Source: Eledone cirrhosa (Eukaryota). Taken from it: 64,000 bases of DNA. This document shows positions 13,766-26,834 of this stretch, one piece after another. The number at the start of each line of letters is the position of its first letter. The first letter of the stretch is position 1. The stretch lies in assembly GCA_964016885.1 (NCBI GenBank), contig OZ024743.1, positions 149,482,001 through 149,546,000 on the forward strand, written 5' to 3'. A model generated the notes under the pieces. It searched no databases, was not told the DNA's origin, and worked only from the letters and a program-made list of their open reading frames with translations. The translations under genes and the position numbers were made by a program.

Positions 13766-14207
13766 AGGCACATGGCTTAGTGGTTAGAGCATTGGCCTTG
13801 CAATCGAAAGGTTGTGAGTTCAATTCTCAGACCAGGTGACGTGTTGTTTCCTTGAGCAAGACACTTTATTTCACAGTGCTCCAGTTAACTCAGCTGTAGA
13901 AATGAGATGATAGGACTGGGTTCCCTATCATTCCACTGCAAAGTGGTCGTGGAGGTGCCACAGCAAAAAAACACCCAGCCCACACTGTAAAGTGGACATG
14001 TAGGTGCCACGGAAAAAAAGCACCCAGCACTCACTGTAGATGAGGTTGGTGTTAGGAAGGGCATCCAGCTGTAGAAATCAAGCCAGAATCAGTTCCTGTA
14101 TGAGCAAGACATGGTCAGCCAACCGGGCACTGCCCACAACAGGACAACCCATCTAACCCATGCCAGCATGGAAGAATGGATGTAAAACGGTGATGATGAT
14201 GATGATG
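13766..14207 (+). mobile_element. Family A tRNA-derived SINE with long RTE-derived tail
   Basis: A box TGGCTTAGTGG and B box GAGTTCAATTC; central CCTTGAGCAAGACACTT..CTCAGCTGTAGAAATG; the tail matches the RTE 3' UTR at 7080-7360. Confidence 0.9.
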
Positions 14208-14660
14208 AATCTTGAGATAAAATGTTCTCAGGAGAAATAAAGTTGCTTTATTTCTTGTGAATATTTGATAATATGGTATGCGCATGTTTTCTTATATTTT
14301 GCCATTTGATTCTATTACTATTTGGAAATTAAAGATGCTATATCTAATGTCCATTCAATGGTTAAGTTTGGAGAAGCTAAGCTGATATGTCTTTAAAAAT
14401 AAACAATATCATGGATTCTCTAAAAGCCGAACCATTCTCAAAAATATCTTTTAACTTATGAAGAATCTATGTCAATGTAGATTCTTGGATCCCATTTCAG
14501 CAAATATCTCCTAGACCCAGTAATATGACATTGATGGATTTCATGGGTCATGGACCTCTTGTAACCATCAGATTTATTATAAAAAAGCAAAAATGCCCAT
14601 CCTCCAGCTGGAGCCACATGTACTTAACAATATAAATCCTGCTATAGAATAATGGTCACT

Positions 14661-14771
14661 ATATATGTCTATGCATATATATATATGCATAGACATATAT
14701 ATATATATGTGTGTGTGTGTGTATGTATGTATTATATGTATGTATATATTATATGTATGTATATTTGTATA

Positions 14772-14803
<32 letters not shown>

Positions 14804-14809
14804 AATATG

Positions 14810-14860
<51 letters not shown>

Positions 14861-15112
14861 GTATATATACATATATATATTTATGTATATATATGTATAT
14901 ATATATGTATGTATGTATATATATATACATATATATATTTATGTATATATATATGTATATATATATATATGTATGTATATATATACATATATATATTTAT
15001 GTATATATATATATATATATATAGTAATAATAATAAATTTGAAGACTATATATATCTATGTGTGTGTGTGTGTATATAAATATACATGTATATACGTATA
15101 TATATATATGTA
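14661..15112. repeat. (TA)n-rich microsatellite
   Basis: Directly visible. Confidence 0.95.
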
Positions 15113-16619
15113 GACAATGTTTTATCCAGAAAACCAATAAATGATCTGCATCAATGTCACCAATTCATTGGTCACTTCATCCAGTATTATGGGATGAGAT
15201 TTTTCTAATATCTTTGATAAAAAATAAAAAGTAAACATAACAGAAAAAAGCTGGCAAAAAATATATACTACAAAATAGATCATTTTTTGTTCATATTTTT
15301 ACTGTATTAATGCAGAATATTAACTGATACTCTGATCTGAGTTTTCAAAAAAATATATTCTCATTCCAGACAAAATATTGAAGGCTCTCTCAGTTTACTC
15401 ACTTACTATACAAGACAATTTCTGTGTGCGTGTGTTTGTTTGCAAATATTCTATGCATATCATCAATCCTATTTTTAGTATTAATATATATAAGGGAATG
15501 TATGTTTGCTATTAATGTGTTCTAAGTTGTAGTTTATAGTTTTTCTCCTTGGTAGCTCACATTTGGCATGGGGACATACTTTTCTAAACATAAAATATAT
15601 GAAATCATTATTGTATTTTTATGAAACTCAATTTGAATCATTTTTTAATTGCTGGGATTATGAGTGAATTAATATTCACGGACCAACTAAAGAAATCCAA
15701 GATCTTTTTAAAGCAAATTATCCAAGATATATTGAATTCAGAGGTATTAAAACCTGGTCAAGCCTAGTTAACATTCAATATGTTCAATGTTTTGTCTTAG
15801 AAATATATGAACATTGATACAATAAAAATAAATCTTACAAACATTTTCCATCACAAATGTTTTTTCATGGAAACATATTTTAACCATCAAAAAAGATAAA
15901 ATAAAATAAACTTTTGAATGTTTAATTCATATTTCACTTATTTCATGCAGTAGAATATAAGACCACAAAATAAATGTAAAGTAAATATAACAGTTTTCAT
16001 GTTTATTCTTTAGTTGTTTTTTTTTTTGATGGTTGAATGTTTTTTTTCCACAACATATTTACTTTGGTTCCAATACAGACTTAAACCAAGTCACTTGTCA
16101 AACAATTACAACTCTGAAATTAGTAAATTAAAAGTAAATTACAGATGATATTATTTCCTGCTTTGAAGAATTTTCAATTTACTGTTTTATAGTCTGGATT
16201 GTTCTGTAAGATTTGACATCTATATATAAATTTGAGTGACTTCCATTCGTCACGTAATGTGTGTGTGTGTGTTTGGGTGAATGTATGTATGTGTAAAAGG
16301 AAGGAAGGGGATGGTGAAAAACTATAGCAAAACAGCAGCTGGCATTCCATTTGCTACGCAGTGTGTGAGTGTATGTGCATGTGTGTGTAAATGTATGTGT
16401 GAATGTGTGTGTTTGTGTGAATGTATGTCTGTGAGTGGGTGTTTTTGTAAGTGTGCCTGTGTTTGTGCATTTATATTTATATACTCATAAATATAAATGT
16501 ATGCATATGCACACACACACATGCACACACATAAACACATATGCATCAGTGTATCAAAAAAAATCGTACTATGTTTAATTTCTTGAACCAATTTTCTTTG
16601 TCATGTGTTTTTTGTGTTG

Positions 16620-16910
16620 AACCTTGTTCAGTGGCAAGCATGAGCATTCCAGTTAATTCAATAAGACAGCCTATTCATGAAATTAATGTGCAATTGGCAT
16701 AGCATTCTATAGACACATTTAACCTTAACATAGTTCTCAGGGACATTCAGCATGATAGAGGAGGTGACAAGTTGGCCCCTTTGAATTACTGGTGCAACTC
16801 ATTTTTGCCAGCTGAGTATACAGAAGTAATGTGAATTAAAGTGTCTTGCTCAAAGGCATAACAAGTCCACATGATCTGAACACCCTAAACACTAAGTTAT
16901 GCATCTTCAC
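16620..16910 (-). mobile_element. Old tRNA-SINE with the same central domain as family A
   Basis: Reverse strand reads TTTGAGCAAGACACTTTAATTCACATT..TACTCAGCTGGCAAAAATGAG. Confidence 0.65.
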
Positions 16911-17097
16911 AGTTTGTAAGGTAGACATGTGAGTATAAGGTAGATCAATCACACCTTGATGTGACACACTGTAGAACATTTACAGTGTGCTATATATTTT
17001 AAATTGAAATTTTATAGGTCCAGTAGATAAATTGCTTGATGTTTTTTCATACCATATTTATGTGGGAAAAGATATAATTTATACATCAGTATATAAT

Positions 17098-17282
17098 TGT
17101 TTCTACCTTTGGCACAAGGCCAGCAATTATCCAGTACATTACTGGTACTTTATTTTATCGACCCCGCAAGGATGAAAGGCAAAGTCAACCTCAGCGGGAT
17201 TTGAACTCAGATCGAAAAGGGACGTAACTATGCTGGAAAGCATGGCGTCCGACCCTCTACCGATACTGCCAATCCACCGCCT
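17098..17282 (-). mobile_element. Family B SINE with 13-bp target-site duplication
   Basis: Reverse complement of the family B consensus; ATCAGTATATAAT at 17085-17097 and 17283-17295. Confidence 0.9.
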
Positions 17283-17842
17283 ATCAGTATATAATGTAAG
17301 TTAAAAAAATGTAATGAAGAATTATATATTATAATGATTGGATTCATTAACTGATTAATTGATTGCAACTATAATACTAAAATAATATTCAAGCTATTCT
17401 GTTTGATATAACCAAAATATTACAAATACTGTCCAATATTTATATAAAACAGCATGCAAAGAACATGAGCACAAGATCTTTCACCAGTTCAAGGACATAA
17501 ATAAAGCCAAGACAAAAAATAATAACTTTCTGATAAAATCTATGCCATTTTATCAGAGATCCTCAGTTTTTCTAACAGTAATCTGTGCCTGCCCATAATA
17601 TACAAATATGGGGACTAAAATATTGGAGTCTAAAGAAGTTTGCCAGTGATGCAGTGTAAAGCAATGCAGTGCAGATATATATATATCATGACCCTGTGTT
17701 AAAGAGGCAAAACCCCAAAGTAACAAGACTCACTATTTAACTGTGATAAAATATTTAATTCTACTTCGGTTTAAATACTCTTTTCTCTCAGCTGTCAACC
17801 ACATAGATACAAAATGATAGGAAAAATATATGAGAAAAAACA

Positions 17843-17890
<48 letters not shown>

Positions 17891-18326
17891 CGTAAGATAA
17901 GAAAATTATAAAATTATAAAAAAAATTATAAAATTGACTTACTTACTAAAATATCACTTCCACAATGTTACTAAGACAAAACCTATATATTTGCTAGCAT
18001 TGATATGCATCTGTATGTATATAAATGTTACTAGATATAAATTCTTTATATATATATATATATATATATATATGCAAAAGTTCTATTTAAAATTGTTGGG
18101 ATACAACAAGTAAATATTTTTATAACTGATATAAAGCACTCGACAAGTATTTTGGAGTAGATATACGATATTATCTTTTTCTTTCTCTCCGTCTTTTTCT
18201 AATTGTCCTTAACACTATGACTTATTAAAGTAATATAAACAAATCACTATCCGGATGACTTCCAAAAACAATGGTTGCATTTTAATAGGGTACGTCAACG
18301 CTTATTTGTAAAACTGTTATATATTG

Positions 18327-18391
18327 TATTTTGTCTGATGAAGGCATACCATAATTTAATTTGGTATCCCTGAAATATGTATAATGAAATA
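18327..18391 (+). ncRNA. Minimal type I hammerhead ribozyme (Penelope-associated)
   Basis: Stem I TATTTTGT/ATGAAATA; CTGATGA at 18335; stem II AGG-ATACCA/TGGTAT-CCT; GAAA at 18372; short palindromic stem III; TA cleavage site. Confidence 0.75.
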
Positions 18392-18479
18392 AATATGGAT
18401 TTATAAATATAGTTTCCATTTATTAATATCGTATATATATATATATATAACAAAATTATGCATACAAACTAATCAAGGA

Positions 18480-21400
18480 GGAGAAATAGGAGATTAGTTG
18501 TGAGAATTATATGCTAGTAGTGAACGGGACAGTGTGCTCAATGCGTATAAGATGCAAGACAAGCAAACAATGGAAGAAATAATGAGAGAAATATTAGAGA
18601 CAATAAACAGCTACATATAATGTCAGATAAAACTAAAAACTTATGCATAATTAATATTGACACTTACAACACTTTTATCCTTAAAGAGCTTAACAAAAAT
18701 TACAAAAAAACTAACTTATCTACCCTGTATGAAATTATAATAAAGCTAAGGCTATTGTGAAAATTTAGATATTGATAAATATACAACTATAAAACTATGA
18801 CCTCCTAGATTTTCTCTGAGAGGCCATAATGCAACTTTTTAGATAACCCCTCTGTTAGACTTATAAGCCCTTCTACATCTGATATTGGTCAAATTAGCAA
18901 GTGTATTCTTGACCGTATCCTACCTAAATTGAAGGATGGAATTTGCTTTAAACTTTGGCTTAATACTGACCAGGTTATTGACTGGTTTATTAGCATTGAG
19001 GATAAGAATCGTCTTAAATTTATACAATTTGACATCGATAACTACTATGCCTCCATATCCCCTATTTTACTTAATAAAGCCCTAATCTTAGCTAGAACTA
19101 ATACTGATTTATCTAAGAAAGAAATAGACATTATATTGACTGCTAGACGCACTACAATAGAGTTCAATGGTAGATACTGGACTAGGGCTATTAGACCTGA
19201 TAATTTCGACATCACTATGGGGTCAAGTGACTCTGCACAAGTTACTGACTTTGTGGAGATTTACCTCCTACACAAGCTAAAAGAGGAATTACCCTCTCTG
19301 CAAGGTAGCTTATACAGAGACGATTCTCTCTTTACTATAGATAACTTCAACGCATGTAGAATCAAAATTCTTAAGAAACAATTGCATACATATTTTTTTT
19401 AAGTTTTGGTCTTTCAATCACTATCAAATCTAACCATAAGGTCATTAATTTCCTTGACACCACTTTGGACCTTGATACCATCCTTATCATAAACCGGGTG
19501 AGATCTTAACTTATATTAATAGCCTTTCTATCCCCCCCCCCCTCTATTCTTAAATCTATTGTAATGTCTATTTCACATAGAATCTCTAGCCTCTCAGCAA
19601 ATGAGAACATATTTAACGAGATAGCATGGTACTACAATGAGGCTCTTTCTAAATCAGGCTCTAACGATAAGATTTATTACCTACCTGCTGTTCTATCCAC
19701 CCATGGATTAAGTAATAATAATGTAATTGCGCAGAGTTGTCCCTCTAGTAATAATGGATTTAAAAACACTAATAGAAAAAACTGGTCTCCTTATAATGGT
19801 GTGCTACCTACTCCTAGTAATGAGTTCAGGATTAATTCTAATAGACACCCTAACCAAAAGCTTTCCCATAATACTAAGAATTCATGCACTAGTAGTACTT
19901 AAAACATACTCTACACATACCTATAAACCCTCTTAATACTGCTAGTACTCCTCACCAAAAAAGATCTCGAAATCTGTCCTGGTTTAAGCCTCCATTCCCC
20001 CGTAGCATCTAACCTCCCTAAAAGGTTTTTCTCCACCTTGCGCAGCAACTTCCTTCCTAGCCATAAGTACTATAAATTATTAAACAAAGTTAGTGTTACC
20101 ATTTCTTTCTCTACTACCCCTTACCTTGCTGACTATATTGCTTTCAGTAACCATAAGAAACTAAACAAACATAGTGCCTCCCTTTCTGTTAATTTACCTC
20201 TACCACTTAACCCTTTGAATACAAATAATTCTAACTTTAATAGTTATTCTTTTTACTCTCCTATCACCTCATCTTCAAATGATATGCTTACTAGTTCTTT
20301 ACCTACAATCCCTTTTTTACTAATCCTATTAAAAAAGACCCACCCCACTTATCTTACCTTCACACCTTAACTAGTTTAAATTTTCTTCATAGTTGATTTA
20401 TATAGTATTTTTTTTTTTACCCATTTTATATAATTTTTTCATTATTCCCACCTATTATATTAATTTATAACTCCTCTTCTTAATCCTATATACCTCTTTC
20501 TTAGTTTATAGGTGATTCTTCTATTTCCTTCTTTAACTATCCTATCTTTTCACCTTAAGTTTATATTCATTTTAACCTACTCATATTTATAATTATTTAT
20601 TCATAATTCATTTCCTATAGTATCCCTCTATCATATTTATTTTTAGTATTAACCCTTACTATCTAGGCCCTTCTCCCCCTTTTGTGACTAATTTTATACT
20701 CTTTGACCATATTCTTCTGTTTAATTATTTTAGTTTTAAAATCTATCTATATTATTTTATTCATTTTTATTTTTTTATTGTTATAATTAGTATTCCTATT
20801 GCTCTATCTCTTTTGGCCTTAGCATAAGTTATTAACACCTATTTTAACTCACTCATATTTATAATTATTTATAATACATTTCCTATAGTATCCCACTACT
20901 TTATTTCGTTTTAGTATTAACCCTCACTATCTAGGCCTTTCTCTTCCCTTTGTGACTTTTATATACTTTTGACAATTTTCTTTATATATCCCTTCTTTTA
21001 AATTATTTTAATTTTAATTTCTACCTATATTTTTTTTTGTCTTTTTATTTTTATAGTTAGTATTCCAATTGCCGTATCTCTTATTGCCTTAGCCTATCTC
21101 ATTAACACCTATTTTCTTTTCAACTTTTTAGTATTTCCTTTCGTTTTTCACTCTATTTCTTCACACCTATATATGACCCTCAACCTAGACCTTCCCTCAG
21201 CACTACACTTTAATTAACCACTAGATGAACATTTGCCTTGTAATATGACCTCTTACACTCTGACCATTAACTATGATAATATTACTTTTCTTTTTATCCA
21301 TCATTTTCTTACCCTTTATTTTCTTTTTGGTTCTGAAGATGAGATCGTATCTTTGTTTAGTTATATTATCATTTGCTCTTATCGATTATATAATCGATAA

Positions 21401-21490
21401 TTTTCGTCGAGCTGGATTTTATGATTTCTGAAACAATTATAAGCCATTAAATATTTTTTTCAAGAATTTGGTATTGTTTTCTCTAACATT
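18480..21490 (+). mobile_element. Decayed Penelope-like element (RT; Nematis-like motifs)
   Basis: FIQFDIDNYYASI, FDITMGSSDSAQV, LYRDD (18929-19402); SISHRISSLSANE..YNEAL; WFKPPF at ~19980; hammerhead near the 3' end; flanked by (TA)n and (TG)n. A ~270-bp internal tandem duplication spans 20572-21110. Confidence 0.85.
21328..21446 (+). ncRNA. Hammerhead ribozyme motif with long stem II
   Basis: Stem I TGGTT/AGCCA; CTGAAGA at 21333; stem II GAGATCGTA/TATGATTTC; GAAA at 21430; CAATTA then TA. Confidence 0.7.
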
Positions 21491-21493
21491 TAA

Positions 21494-21590
<97 letters not shown>

Positions 21591-21847
21591 TGCGTATAGA
21601 AGTGATGAAAATATTAATTTCAATTACATTCACCATGCAGTGGGAATATTGGTCTGCATTTCGCACAGAGGCCTAGAACGGAAGCTCCCTCTCACTTCAT
21701 CCGATAACAGGAATTTTATATACACATTACATGGACAAAATTGACCAATATTCCCACTGCATTGTGAATGTAATTAAAATCAGTATTTTCATCACTTCTA
21801 CCTTCTTTTTCATCTCGATAAATATATATATATATATATATATATAT

Positions 21848-22293
<446 letters not shown>

Positions 22294-23271
22294 CATTGTT
22301 TTTTTCTCATATATCTTTCCTCTCATTTTGTATCTATTTATTTTTTGTTTTTGATTCATATGATAGAAGATATTAACTAACTGTTTGTTTAATTATTACA
22401 TTCTATACTTTAAATTTATCTTCCGTTCTTCGTTACAGTACTATCGTTCAATACATGGATAATGTATCTGTAATATCCAATATTGACTTCTTTTTCATAA
22501 TTTCTAACTATAATTTACACATCTTCCTATTTATTATATATATTTTTTATTTACTTCAATCAAGATTTTAACTTTTAAATAATTTCTAATTTTAAATCTT
22601 ATTACCAATTTTAATATCCATTATGAAACCATAGAAACCATAATATCTAAACCCTAGAATTAAGTTCATATTCTCTTCATGGGTGATGATCAATTCTATT
22701 GTCCAAGCATAATTTAGGAGTAATATTGAAACTATTGAAACTATTGAAACTTATACTCCACCACTACCGCAAAGTTTCTGTTGGCTGCCATTGGACGTGC
22801 AACTAGCAGAAAAGTACAACTTAGTGGCTGGCTGGCTGGCATGAATCCTGTGATTGTGTCACCTTATTGGTCTGGATTGGAGAGATTGATAGGATTTTTT
22901 TTTTTTTTTTTTGGCGAGGGGGACTTGCCAAGGCTAGTTTTGTTCTGTTTTGGGGTAGTAGTTAAATGGTCAACTTCCTTCACATTTGCACCTGCGCAAA
23001 GCTGTGGAGGTGAATTGGGGATCACAGGGAAATGGGGGAAGGCTTCAAGAACATCGTCTTTGTCCGTTCCCTTGTCGTTTTAATTTGGATTGCCTCAGGA
23101 ATGTAACCTTATTATGTAAGAAACTGTCTGATGAGATCATGGCACTGGGTACGCGGAATCGCGTGGCCACTTTCGTCATTGAAATATGTATCACAGCCTT
23201 ATCAATAAAGGACTTTAATATCTGAAAATACTTCACATTTTCTTATTATATATATATATATATATATATAA

Positions 23272-23490
23272 ATGAGTGTCACAATAAAAAGCAGCCACCC
23301 CCACACAGTAAAGTGGTTGTGTAGGTGTCGCGACAAAAAATACCCATCCCACACTTAAATGTGGTTGGTGTTAGAAACAGTTCTATATGTGCAAGACAAA
23401 GTCTCCCAACCCAACTTGCCTCTAATGGGACAACCTGTCTAACCCATGCAAGCGTGAAAAATGAACGTTAAACGATGATGATGATGATAT
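23272..23490 (+). mobile_element. RTE 3' UTR fragment
   Basis: AACCCATGCAAGCGTGAAAAATGAACGTTAAACGATGATGATG tail. Confidence 0.8.
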
Positions 23491-24949
23491 AGAGAGAGAA
23501 AGGGTATGGGCAAGCCATGTTTCATTAGCTAGCAGATGAATACTTGTCCCCAATCAACCATCTGTGACTCAGTGTTGAGGTTGAACATGCTAGTATGACA
23601 ACATATATGAACAGCCAATTTGTACAATTATTACATATAATATTACTAAACACCACCTTTACCATATACTATTACATTTAGTACAATACTGATTCCTCTG
23701 AAATCAAAATATATCACTTTAGCTATTATAGTCATTGGTTGTCTTGGCTGATATATCAGTTGTCAGCTCGAAACAAAATATTCATGCACACACACACACA
23801 TAAGCACACATGCATGCACACATACTAATATATATATAATATATACATATATGGGTATGCATACATGTATTTATATTTATTTGTGTGTATGTATGTCTGT
23901 CTATCTGTCTGTATGTATATGTATAGATATATGTAGATATTTATATATAAATATGTATATATATGTATATATGCATGTTCATATATACATATAAATGTGT
24001 GTATATATATCTATATATATATATACATATACACATGCATAATTATATATATATATATAGGTTTCTCTAGCATGTATGTATATTTTAATATGTTACTACC
24101 CACACATGTTACATGCAAACTCACACACACATAGATAGATAGATACAATCTTATTAGCTAAGTGATGTAACTTAACACTCATCTTACACTCTAAGCCTTT
24201 AACATTTTCACAGTAACACACAACAATGTTCATTTTCCTAATTGCCATGTATGCTGCAGATACTTTGATCCAACCATATTCCTATTCCTTCGGCTGGATC
24301 ATCATGTCAGAGAATCCCCTGTCTCCCAGTAATTTTGCAAAACGTTTATTGTAACACTTCTTGGAATCCTACATATTTCTTCCATTTTTCTTTTTATCTT
24401 TTATTACCACCCACCTAACCAACTACCGCCATGATTCCTGAATGCAAGACTGCCTGTCCACCTGCATCACAATACATGGAAGTTCACATTTTTCCCCCAT
24501 GGCATCCCACTTTGTTCTCTACTTACAGTCTGTTTAGTTATTATTTAAAAATGTTCACACTTCTCACCTTCTCTGACTCTTGTCTTATATTGTAGATCTG
24601 TCTTCGTTATGACTTCTAAATTCAGTAGATATACGAAAGCTGTAGAAAGGCTTATGTGATGTTTATGTTATTCCTGAACTTGTTAGATATATAAAAGAAG
24701 GAACAAAGACAAAGAAAATAAGACTGAAATAATAAGTGAACAGTAACATCTGAGTTAAGACCACTGAGGAAATATTGCTAAATATAGACATGCACACAAG
24801 CACACGTATACATATATGTGTATGTACATACACATATATATATATGTGTATGTACATAATATATAATATAAGTGTGTGTATGTGTATGTAAATAAGGGAC
24901 AGCTTTTCTTTCAAACATGTTCTATCAAAAATATTATTAATACAAGTAT

Positions 24950-25980
24950 TTTAAGGCTGTGTCTTCTGTTAAATGATGGTATAGCTCTGTGGGCCTTATG
25001 GCAAGCTTCTTCATTTTACCATGTCATCAGCATGCCCCCTCCTCTAGCATTTCAACGATACCTTTTATGGTCTTCTTCCTCTACTTTCTTCCACTTTCAT
25101 TTCCAGCACTCCTCTCATTCAGTCCCTTTCAACCTTCCTCAACACATGACCCAAACATTTCATTGCATTTCTCTTTGCAACATTCATCACTCGTACTATT
25201 TTTATTATCCTCTGCAATTCATTGCTTGTCTTCTCTCTCAGTAATACACTGCTTATCCCAAAACCTGATTCTCATTTACATTCTTCACATTCATCACCAT
25301 GTCTCAATCCCATATATCATGCTACTTCACTGCAGCATACACCTTTCGCTTCAGTTTCAGCAACATTATCCTCTTCACTAACACACCACTCAGTTTCCAA
25401 AACTTCTTCCATGTAGATTTCACTCCGTACACTGCCACAAAGTTTGATCCATCCTCTCTATTCAAATTTTCTCCAAGGTCATAAAACGTTTTCACACCTT
25501 CCCCCTTTACACCATTCCCAAGACCCAGCCCAATATCTCTGTTAGTAGCTCCTTCCATATATATACATTTTATACTTAAAAGTAGCTGCGCCCTTAAATT
25601 AGAATCCCTTCAGACTTTTGATGTACCTCTCCAAGGCATATCATACATTCAATGAAGTTCACTCCATCATCCTTCTTGCACACAGCACACTGCATGTGGC
25701 TACCTTCCTGCTCTTTAAATCTCACCAAATGCTTTATCATTTGCCTTCTCTTTCATCTTTCAAATATTCACCTTCAAACCTTTTGCCTTTATATATTTCT
25801 TCTCGCTATTCATCTTCTCTATTAGTTCTTCCACATCCTCTGCTATCAACACCATACAGCAACTCCCATGGTAAACCCTCCTTTATATTTTGGGGAAGTA
25901 CTTCCATCACAACTACATATAGTAGTAGGCTTAATACTGAACCATTTCTGACACATCACTGTTGCTCTGAGGTCATTCAC
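24950..25980 (-). pseudogene. Old RTE RT fragment
   Basis: VKSTWKKFWKLSGVLVKRIMLLKLKRKVYAAVK resembles the RTE C-terminal consensus. Confidence 0.7.
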
Positions 25981-25984
25981 ATCA

Positions 25985-26200
25985 GCTAAACAGGAGCTGA
26001 ATAACAGATATATTTCCGGGCATCTTCAGGACATCAGCCACCACAACCTGTCTCTAGAAGTCCAACATTTCTGTATTGCTGGCTACTCCAGACAGCATCT
26101 CACTGTTTTAAGCCTTATCTCTAGCAGCGTGAACCAAATCTTGCATCTCCAGAGGGAGCAGCACCTCATTCTTTTTCTCACACACCTGGACACAAATTCA
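25985..26200 (+). pseudogene. GIY-YIG endonuclease C-terminal fragment of a Penelope-like (Neptune-type) element
   Basis: Translates DISHHNLSLEVQHFCIAGYSRQHLTVL..HLQREQHLILFL, resembling PVA.HF...GHS...L.V..RRxxEQHLIF. Confidence 0.5.
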
Positions 26201-26383
26201 TATAGACTGGCACCACTATCCACCAACACACTAATACACAACACAAACACATACACACACAAGCAAATATGCAGACGAAATTTATAACACACACCGTACA
26301 CAGGCCCAGTACACAAGCTTGGACATACACCCACTCAATGACAATACACATAGACACCCACACATACACACATATATATAAAT

Positions 26384-26433
<50 letters not shown>

Positions 26434-26834
26434 TCATCATCATCATCATCATCATCAACGTTTAACGTCCGTGTTCCACGCTTGCATGGGTTTGGACGGG
26501 GGTAGTCCCACTTGAGGCAAGAGTGATTGTCTTGCTCGCATAGGACTGTCTGGCAGGTTTTCTACAGTTGGATGCCCTTCCTAACACCAACCACATTTAC
26601 AGTGTGGGTCTGGGAGGTTTTTACCGTGTTGCCTACATGGCCACATTACAGCGTGGACTGTGTGTTTTTTTGTCGTGACACCTACACGATCTCATTTGTT
26701 TCGGCCTGGATGGCGCGGCACCAACATAACTTTACATAGAACGGGGTGGTGTGGATGGGGTGGGGGTGGTGGTGGTGGGACGGGGTGTATTTTGTTAGAG
26801 ATGCCTACTGGCTGGAGTAGGTTTTACTATATAT

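Larger units (their letters stand above)
12372..16156 (+). repeat. Direct duplication of ~560 bp (12372-12932 and 15596-16156)
   Basis: Near-identical AT-rich blocks TATATGAAATCATTATTG...ACAGATGATATTATTT, 3224 bp apart. Confidence 0.93.

Noticed and set aside
13766-13845. tRNA-like sequence with a GCA anticodon-like loop
   Set aside because: SINE head: no proper acceptor stem, continues into the SINE body, multicopy.
22781-23236. GC-richer stretch with short ORFs
   Set aside because: No recognisable motif; could not be classified.
26010-26035. Minus-strand CTGAAGA..GAAA
   Set aside because: Stem II is too short and there is no stem I; it lies in a plus-strand EN coding remnant.
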